Of a DNA stretch of 64,000 nt, positions 57,724-64,000 are shown piece after piece. Origin of the DNA: an uncultured Pirellulales bacterium (lineage in GTDB: Bacteria; Planctomycetota; Phycisphaerae; Sedimentisphaerales; Anaerobacaceae); contig CAYMOE010000008.1 in NCBI GenBank assembly GCA_964391985.1, positions 19,090 through 83,089 of the forward strand, in the 5' to 3' direction. The notes under the pieces were generated by a model. It had not been told where the DNA came from and ran no database searches. It saw only the letters and a list, made by a program, of their open reading frames with translations. How positions within the stretch are numbered: the stretch's first letter is position 1; each line of letters opens with the position of its first letter. The translations under genes were made by a program, and so were the position numbers.

Positions 57724-58383
57724 TTACTTTAGCTTGGCAACTTCTATATCAGCCAGCCGAGTCGGTTCGGGCAGACGAAATTTGGGAGCGCAATTAAGCG
57801 TCCATTCTATCGCGTCATCAAGAGTGCATTTGTGGCCGACCGAAAGAAACAGCGGTTTTACGTTTGTTTTTGTTCGAACAACCGCTCCGATTGTTTCTGA
57901 GTCGTCTTTAAGCAGCGAAAAAGAACCTCGCCGCAAAGCCGGTTCGTTATAATTGCCGATAAGTCTGCTTTTTGCACATCCGATTGTAGGTTTATCTAAA
58001 AACAATCCCAAATGTGCCGCAAGACCAAGCCGCCTGGGATGAGCGATGCCTTGACCGTCAACAATAAATAAATCCGGAAAGATTTTTAGTTTTTCGGCTG
58101 CCTGAATACAGGCAGGAGCTTCACGAAACGAAAGCAGTCCCGGTATATAAGGCATTGAGAGCTTTCTTTTGGCACTTTGAATTTCAAGCATCTCAAGGCT
58201 AGGATAACTTAAAACCACGATGCAAGCGATTATTTTATGTTTGTCCGAGGTCAGGGCACAGTCAATTCCGGCTATGAGTTTCGGCGTTTTACTGAGAGGT
58301 TTATGAATAACACGGCCCGCAAGCTTTTCCTGAAGCGCTATTGCATCCTGATAAGATAAATTCCATCTATATAGATGTTTCAT
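57724..58383 (-). CDS. nfi: Endonuclease V (deoxyinosine 3' endonuclease)
   Basis: 219 aa: AGIDCA...MPYIPGLLSFREAP...FIVDGQGIAHPRRLGLAAHLG...GCAKS. Confidence 0.85.
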   Translation of the reverse strand: MKHLYRWNLSYQDAIALQEKLAGRVIHKPLSKTPKLIAGIDCALTSDKHKIIACIVVLSYPSLEMLEIQSAKRKLSMPYIPGLLSFREAPACIQAAEKLKIFPDLFIVDGQGIAHPRRLGLAAHLGLFLDKPTIGCAKSRLIGNYNEPALRRGSFSLLKDDSETIGAVVRTKTNVKPLFLSVGHKCTLDDAIEWTLNCAPKFRLPEPTRLADIEVAKLK

Positions 58384-58404
58384 TTAATAGTTTGGCCAGA
58401 CTTC

Positions 58405-59748
58405 TTAACTTCTAATGTATTTTAATGCGGCTTCAATTACAGGGTCCTTGTCCTCGAAATCCTCATCGGTTGTGACTATTTCTATGTCCGGCTTGACGCC
58501 TTCTCCTTCTAAGAAGCTCCCATCTGGCAGCATACTTTTCCAGCTTGGTAAATATACGATAACACCATTGCCCAAGTCTATCGATTTGGGATTGCCGCAA
58601 CTACCTTGCGTTTTCATTCCAATAATTTTACATTCAGGAACTTGTTTCATCATCAAAATAAAAGCTTCGCAACTACTCATAACGACAGGGCCGGAAAGAA
58701 CAGCTATTTTTCCTCGATACCTCGGTCGGGTCTTATTCGGCTCCAAATACTGTTCATAAACATCACTGAAACCGCTATCTGTATCTGCTGCTCGATAAAC
58801 GTGTTTAGCATAGAGTTTGCGTTCATTAATAAAGCAACCGGCGACCTCCTGCGCTAATCCTTCGGCTCCTCCGCTGTTTCCCCTAACATCAATTATTATC
58901 CCCTGTGAATTCGCGAATTCCCATATCGCCTCATAAACCGGCTCTATTATTTCTTTATTATCTCCGGACCAGCGGTCTATATAAATATAACCGATGCCGT
59001 CATCAAATTTTCCGGCGTAAACCACATTATTGATTTTTTGAAAATTCTCGATGTATTGTGGCAGTTTTTTAAAATTAGCATTCGGACTAATTTTTTTGAA
59101 GTAACACGGAAAGTTTTCTCCGTCCGCTTTTACCCAAATATGTTTATCCTTTGCGTTAATCAGTATTTCCGCGGTTAATTTTGCAAATTCCTTTGTTGTT
59201 TTGGCGTTTTTTAATTTGTTTTCGTATTCAGCGAATAGCTTATCCCAGTCAATACCGCGAAAGTCTCTGTAAGAATAATTATTGTTGATTGCTTCTTTGA
59301 GAATCCGAAAGGCTTCTTCGTTGTCTTGTTCTTGCTGTTGTTTTTCGGGTTTAGTACTGATGGATGAGCCTGTTTTGAATGTAACAGGATACGGTACAGC
59401 GGAAATTCCGCGGGCACTTTTGAAGTTTTGGTAATCGCGACAATTTATACTGAAGCCGTATTCGTGATTAGGCTCCAACCTTACTCTCATTACAAATACC
59501 CGTTTATTTTGCCAGCGTGGTTCGCCGATTAATTTTGGAAAAGTCGGCCCGCCGCCGCAAACCGAGTACCCTCCAGCGGTATCCATATCCTGATCAAATA
59601 CAACTCGGATCGTCTTTAGGCTGGGATCAACGTTGACATCGCCATTTTTCGGTTCTGCCTCTATGACTTTCGGCTCTGAGGCAAATAAATTGACCGACAG
59701 TAAGGACAGAAAACCAACGACCAGAAAAAGACTGTTAAACCTGCTCAT
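58405..59748 (-). CDS. Secreted S41-family (tail-specific-protease-like) peptidase with an N-terminal Ig-like domain
   Basis: Signal peptide, then a PKNGDVNVDPSLKTIRVVFDQDMD Ig-like segment. IIDVRGNSGG and VLSGPVVMSSCEAF match the S41 DLRxNxGG and xSASE blocks. Confidence 0.75.
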   Translation of the reverse strand: MSRFNSLFLVVGFLSLLSVNLFASEPKVIEAEPKNGDVNVDPSLKTIRVVFDQDMDTAGGYSVCGGGPTFPKLIGEPRWQNKRVFVMRVRLEPNHEYGFSINCRDYQNFKSARGISAVPYPVTFKTGSSISTKPEKQQQEQDNEEAFRILKEAINNNYSYRDFRGIDWDKLFAEYENKLKNAKTTKEFAKLTAEILINAKDKHIWVKADGENFPCYFKKISPNANFKKLPQYIENFQKINNVVYAGKFDDGIGYIYIDRWSGDNKEIIEPVYEAIWEFANSQGIIIDVRGNSGGAEGLAQEVAGCFINERKLYAKHVYRAADTDSGFSDVYEQYLEPNKTRPRYRGKIAVLSGPVVMSSCEAFILMMKQVPECKIIGMKTQGSCGNPKSIDLGNGVIVYLPSWKSMLPDGSFLEGEGVKPDIEIVTTDEDFEDKDPVIEAALKYIRS

Positions 59749-59878
59749 AATATTCCCCCTTATTAAGTTCCCAAAAACACGGATTTCCTAAGTATTATAC
59801 TGCAGAATTCAAGATTAGCAATCCTAATTTAGAGGTGATTTCCGATCCCGAGAGGGTCTGTGCGGTAAAATATCGAGC

Positions 59879-60841
59879 TTAATCAGTTGATTTTAACCAA
59901 TTTTCGACAAATAAATTTAAATCATCTAAGTTCACAGTCTTGTCAAGGTTTAAATCGCCGTATAGCTCTGTGCCATTTTTATCCCAATCCTGTGCGAATA
60001 AAGCGAAATCCTTGAAATCGACTCGTTTGTTATTGTCGATATCCGCGGTGATTTCGCGATACCAAACGCTTGTGCGATTCCAGCTTTTCGCGAAATTCGC
60101 GAACTCTTCGAAATTCACATTTCCAATAACTTCCATATCACCCAATTCAGCGGAGCTTAGCCAGTTTTCAGAAATTAGTCTTAAATCCTGCTCATCGACA
60201 ATACCATTATAATTGATGTCTGCCTTGAGCTGGTCTGCCTCGGGTATAACTATCGCTTTATAAATCATAATAAAGTATGGGCTTTCATAGTTGCCGTAGT
60301 AAGGTACTGTATTACCTACCCCTGGCAATTCCATCTTGTTGAGAACGGCTATCCAATCAATAAAATCCATACCATACAACACATCGCCGAAAACACAATG
60401 AATTCCATCAAGCCAATGACTGTGAACTTGATTTATGTAAAAACCTGAAGTAGCGCTGTCTGGTAAAACATTGCCGGATTCATCACTAAGAAGTGCCATT
60501 GCTATCGTCCCGCGAAGATTTAGCAGGCCGTTGCTGCTTTCGTTCGGTATTGGCTCGACCGGAGTGCGGTGTTTTAAGTAAGGATAATTCGAATAGGCCC
60601 ATTGATATGAACCCCCCTGAACCATAAAATCGCTGATTGCCCTGTGAAAAACAATCCAGTCGTAAAAGCCGGACTCGACGTAATTAAGGAAGTTTTGAAC
60701 CGTAATCGGTGCTTCTTCAGGGTACAATTCTATAACAATATCTCCGCCAATGAATATGGTTCTGAGAACTACTCTGGGATTGCCTGCTTGGGCAACGCAG
60801 AAAAACAAAAGCACAAACAAGATAACCGATACTTTTTTCAT
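59879..60841 (-). CDS. Secreted cyclophilin-type peptidyl-prolyl isomerase fused to dockerin-like repeats
   Basis: Signal peptide, then a cyclophilin core (FHRAISDFMVQGG). Four C-terminal EF-hand-like repeats each end in W: DINYNGIVDEQDLRLISENW, a degenerate VIGNVNFEEFANFAKSW, DIDNNKRVDFKDFALFAQDW and DLNLDKTVNLDDLNLFVENW. Confidence 0.8.
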   Translation of the reverse strand: MKKVSVILFVLLFFCVAQAGNPRVVLRTIFIGGDIVIELYPEEAPITVQNFLNYVESGFYDWIVFHRAISDFMVQGGSYQWAYSNYPYLKHRTPVEPIPNESSNGLLNLRGTIAMALLSDESGNVLPDSATSGFYINQVHSHWLDGIHCVFGDVLYGMDFIDWIAVLNKMELPGVGNTVPYYGNYESPYFIMIYKAIVIPEADQLKADINYNGIVDEQDLRLISENWLSSAELGDMEVIGNVNFEEFANFAKSWNRTSVWYREITADIDNNKRVDFKDFALFAQDWDKNGTELYGDLNLDKTVNLDDLNLFVENWLKSTD

Positions 60842-61045
60842 CGCCCTTTGCCTTGTACCAAGACGTCAAATTTGATGTTAAAACCGCCCTGTTTATAAAA
60901 ATCAAGTTATAACCTAATTTCAACATAAAGTCAAGCAATATAAGGACTTCTATTTGACAAACATTATGGGGCTTGCGTACTTTTAGCAGGAAAAAGGTTA
61001 TTTTATAAGCCGCGGCGCCATAAAATTTTGCGAAGATATGAATTT

Positions 61046-62188
61046 TTAGCAAAGCATTTTCAAAGCGATTCTGCAAACCTGTTCGGAGACGTTATGTCCT
61101 GATAAAGGTTTAGTAAGTTCCACAAGCTCTTGGCTTGTCTGTGTCAATTTTGTTTTATCATCGAGCAGATTTTCGATGCTTTTGATGATAGGTTCGGTAC
61201 TGATAAAATACGGCATAAATTCAGGGACTAATTTTTTCTGTGCCAGAATATTTACCAGAGAAAGATATTTTGTCGTAACTAACCATCGCCCCGCAAGATG
61301 CCATAAAACAGGGCTGGTCTGGTACATAATCACCATAGGACATCCGGCTGCGGCAACCTGCAAAGTCGCGCTGCCGCTGGCTACAATTGCGAAATCACTT
61401 TTTGCGGCGGTATCGTGCACCGAACCAATTTGATAATCACAATCGAATCCGTCTATTTGTTTTGATTTTAGGATTTGAGCTTTTTTGTCGTCAACTGCCA
61501 CTGTAGTAAATTTGGCGTTTTTATATTTTTCTTTGAGATTAACAGCAATCTGCTGCATCGCAATCCAAAGGGTTTCAATCTCGGCATTTCGCGAGCCTGG
61601 CATAATCGCGATTTTCGCGTTGTCAGGATTAAAATTCGTATACCGTTGAGCGGTTTGAATATTTGCGGATTTAACTTTTTCTAAAAGCGGATTTCCGACA
61701 AATTCGGCTTGGACTTTTCTCGTTCCGAACCACTGCTGTTCAAACGGCAAAATGCAGCATAATTTATCGCACCATTTTTTCAGCTTTCTGATTCTCCACG
61801 GGGCCCAAGCCCATAATTGTGGTGCAACGTAGAACAACGTTTTAGCTCCGTGTTTTTTTGCTGCTTTGGCGACGTGAAAATTAAAAGCCGGCGAGTCGCA
61901 GACAATTACCAAGTCCGCAGGATTGGTTTTGAAATATTGATTTAGGCGTTTTATCAGCCTGCGAAAATAGAGAATCTGGCCGAAGGCTTTATATGTCATC
62001 GCAGCCCGGGCGGTTGTTAATTCGAGCAGTTCACACCCGGCTTGACGCATCTTCTCTCCGCCGACCCCGGCAAGCTCTATGTCATAACTGCTGTTTTTAA
62101 AAGCAGTTACAAGGGCTGCGCAATGTGCGTCTCCGCTTGGTTCGGCTGCACTTAAAAAGATTCGATATTTGTTTTTTCCTTCTGCCAT
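61046..62188 (-). CDS. lpxB: Lipid-A-disaccharide synthase
   Basis: 380 aa: IFLSAAEPSGDAH...YVAPQLWAWAPWR...ASGSATLQ... are typical LpxB (GT19) blocks. Confidence 0.85.
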   Translation of the reverse strand: MAEGKNKYRIFLSAAEPSGDAHCAALVTAFKNSSYDIELAGVGGEKMRQAGCELLELTTARAAMTYKAFGQILYFRRLIKRLNQYFKTNPADLVIVCDSPAFNFHVAKAAKKHGAKTLFYVAPQLWAWAPWRIRKLKKWCDKLCCILPFEQQWFGTRKVQAEFVGNPLLEKVKSANIQTAQRYTNFNPDNAKIAIMPGSRNAEIETLWIAMQQIAVNLKEKYKNAKFTTVAVDDKKAQILKSKQIDGFDCDYQIGSVHDTAAKSDFAIVASGSATLQVAAAGCPMVIMYQTSPVLWHLAGRWLVTTKYLSLVNILAQKKLVPEFMPYFISTEPIIKSIENLLDDKTKLTQTSQELVELTKPLSGHNVSEQVCRIALKMLC

Positions 62189-62335
62189 AGCTGTTTAATA
62201 GGAATTTAATACCAATATTTCGGCAAAACAGCAACTCTAAGTCCGGGCAAGGTATTTTATTTATACTAAAAATACCTGCTTGGCCGTTATATAATATAGC
62301 CGAATCTATTTGGTAAATCAGGGAATCGAAGGCAA

Positions 62336-62875
62336 ATGCTCGAAGATAAGCAGCTGATATTCAAATTTAAACACGGCGACAAGGATGCCTTGCGCCAAAT
62401 TTATGAAAAATATAAAGACGCTATGTACAATATCGCAAATTCATTATTGAACGAACCAGCAGCGGCAGAAGATGTCCTTCACGATGTCATAGTTGCTTTC
62501 GCCAGAAGCGCACCGAGTTTTCGTCTTTACGGTTCGCTGAAAAATTATTTAGTTGTCTGTGTTCTTAACCGCTCGCGGGACATGCTTCGCAGCAGAATAT
62601 ATAACATTGTCGAAATCGAAAGGGCAAAAGACACAGTGCATGCAAAGATTAATCCGCAGGAGCAGGCAGTTGAAAATGAAAATACCGCGATGATTTCGAA
62701 GGCTCTTGCACAGGTCCCTTTGCCTCAAAGAGAGATTATTATACTGCACCTGAACGCAGACCTGACGTTCAGAGAAATCGCTGAGATTCAGCATATATCT
62801 ATTAATACAGTTCAGGGCAGGTATCGCTACGGGCTGGAAAAATTGCGGGCAATTCTTAACGGACAGATATTATGA
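62336..62875 (+). CDS. ECF-type RNA polymerase sigma factor
   Basis: 179 aa with a region 2 (DVLHDVIVAF) and a region 4 helix-turn-helix (LTFREIAEIQHISINTVQGRYRYGLEKLR). Confidence 0.85.
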   Translation: MLEDKQLIFKFKHGDKDALRQIYEKYKDAMYNIANSLLNEPAAAEDVLHDVIVAFARSAPSFRLYGSLKNYLVVCVLNRSRDMLRSRIYNIVEIERAKDTVHAKINPQEQAVENENTAMISKALAQVPLPQREIIILHLNADLTFREIAEIQHISINTVQGRYRYGLEKLRAILNGQIL

Positions 62876-64000
62876 CAAACGGGTTTGATGACATCGAAAA
62901 AAAAATAAAAGACATCAGCAAAAATACATCTGCTGACACCGATAAGAGAATTTTAGACGATGCTTTTGCTGTTCTGGAACAAGTGCCGCGTATTAAATCC
63001 CAATCCTCTGAAAAGCCCGTTTGGGCGGCTGTCGCCGCAATAATTATCGTGGCTGTCGTAATAGGTGCATTTTTTATTTTTAACAGACCTAAACCGAAAG
63101 CGCAAATGGTGAAGACTTTGCAAGTTCACGAAGCATTAAAAATCGCCGAACCGAATGCAAAACAAACTGACGAAGCAAAAAAACTTCAGAAAGAAATCGA
63201 ACATATTGTCGCATTGGCTCGCGCGGGCGACGTGAAAGGTTTGCGGTTAGTTCTTGATGAAGGCTCTGAATCCGCAAAAATGCTCGCGGCCGAATACTTA
63301 GAAAAAATGCTTACTTCGCATATTGATAAACTGCCGCAAGGTCTCGAAGATGAAATAATTCCGCAGGATACGAATGTTTCCTCTTTGTTAAGCGGCGATA
63401 TTTTAGAAGCTGCCGACCAAAACGAAATTTTAATTGACGCTGCTATTGAGGATAAGCCTCGCATCATTTCTGTAAATCCGCCTTCAGGCTCTGAAATGCC
63501 GCTTGCCAGTGAACTGGAGGTTGTTTTTGACAGGCCTATGGATGCGAATGAATTTGAGATTTGGTCTGAAGATACAGCTATGCTCTTAAGTGGAATATTT
63601 GAAACACTTGTAGCCTATGACATTTCCGCAAACAAGTTTCTACTACCTTTAAGACTGCCTGCCAACTGGAATGGACAGATTATACTGCAAAACTTTGTTT
63701 CCGCAGACGGAATCGAGGCTGAACCGCTTGCCATAAATTATCATACCTTCAGCAAGCCTTTTTCCGATAAGCTGTTAAGCCGGTTTGAGAAGCATTCTAA
63801 TAGTTATGAACTTATTGACCTGATGGAAAAAATCAAAAATGCGAGGATGCAGCTTAATTCACTCAGTATGACGGTACAATCAGTAATGAATTCTGTAGCC
63901 CGAAAAGACCTTGATGACCGGACCTATAGAGCTATCTATAAATTTCAGGGTGACAGCCAAGTGTACGCCAAGTTTGAGTTTGATATTATGAATCGTCCTT
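62872..64000 (+). CDS. Putative membrane-anchored anti-sigma factor with extracytoplasmic Ig-like domain (3' end outside the window)
   Basis: Absent from the ORF track because it is open-ended. Its ATG overlaps the sigma gene stop as ATGA. I translated it by hand without stops to the window end. It has a single TM segment (VWAAVAAIIIVAVVIGAFFIF) and a PRIISVNPPSGSEMPLASELEVVFDRPMD Ig-like segment. Confidence 0.55.
   Translation, partial: MTNGFDDIEKKIKDISKNTSADTDKRILDDAFAVLEQVPRIKSQSSEKPVWAAVAAIIIVAVVIGAFFIFNRPKPKAQMVKTLQVHEALKIAEPNAKQTDEAKKLQKEIEHIVALARAGDVKGLRLVLDEGSESAKMLAAEYLEKMLTSHIDKLPQGLEDEIIPQDTNVSSLLSGDILEAADQNEILIDAAIEDKPRIISVNPPSGSEMPLASELEVVFDRPMDANEFEIWSEDTAMLLSGIFETLVAYDISANKFLLPLRLPANWNGQIILQNFVSADGIEAEPLAINYHTFSKPFSDKLLSRFEKHSNSYELIDLMEKIKNARMQLNSLSMTVQSVMNSVARKDLDDRTYRAIYKFQGDSQVYAKFEFDIMNRP

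Overview
This is a 64-kb chromosomal window from a diderm bacterium, shown by bamA, skp and lpxD/C/A/B. GC content looks mid-40s % by eye. The gene content includes hyp hydrogenase-maturation genes, an LpxC-FabZ fusion, a DUF721/DciA-type gene, GH105 plus a DUF4861-like gene, and a dockerin-tagged cyclophilin. That mix fits an anaerobic PVC/Planctomycetota-like organism, but the taxonomy is only a guess. Most of the window is housekeeping: hypF/C/D, argB/D/F, rdgB, an ABC-F ATPase, dnaN-dciA-gyrB, ftsK, glmU-prs-rplY-pth, rpsF-ssb-rpsR-rplI-dnaB, the lipid A cluster, nfi, and an ECF sigma/anti-sigma pair. Two tRNAs are present, Ala-GGC and Gln-UUG. The most unusual feature is an almost gap-free, co-directional block at 4249-11070 that I cannot assign to any described system. 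In order it encodes a rhomboid-like membrane protein lacking the catalytic residues, a PflX-like radical SAM enzyme, a 68-aa ORF, a Ycf46-like AAA+ ATPase, a DUF1257-like protein, a DUF2997-like protein, a zinc-ribbon membrane protein with an apparently dead signal-peptidase-like domain, a TPR protein, and an orphan PilT-like ATPase. Other accessory or odd items are listed here.
- A MntA/HepT toxin-antitoxin pair sits inside the hyp cluster, behind a perfect 13-bp palindrome that brackets a TTGACA box.
- An AT-rich type II restriction-modification island lies between argF and rdgB; its methyltransferase carries a degenerate SNase-like C-terminal domain.
- A small Cys-rich ORF is interrupted by an in-frame TAA.
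- A roughly 480-bp composite palindromic repeat cluster fills a divergent intergenic region.
- An ATP-grasp/HExxH-peptidase gene pair lies next to the arg genes.
- A 1450-aa double-activase fusion protein abuts a 643-bp AT-rich candidate oriC upstream of dnaN, with no dnaA in the window.
- Tandem NfeD/ClpP-class paralogs follow gyrB, and the second appears to have lost its catalytic dyad.

No CRISPR array, transposase, integrase or rRNA was seen. All family assignments come from by-eye motif recognition and need profile-search confirmation.
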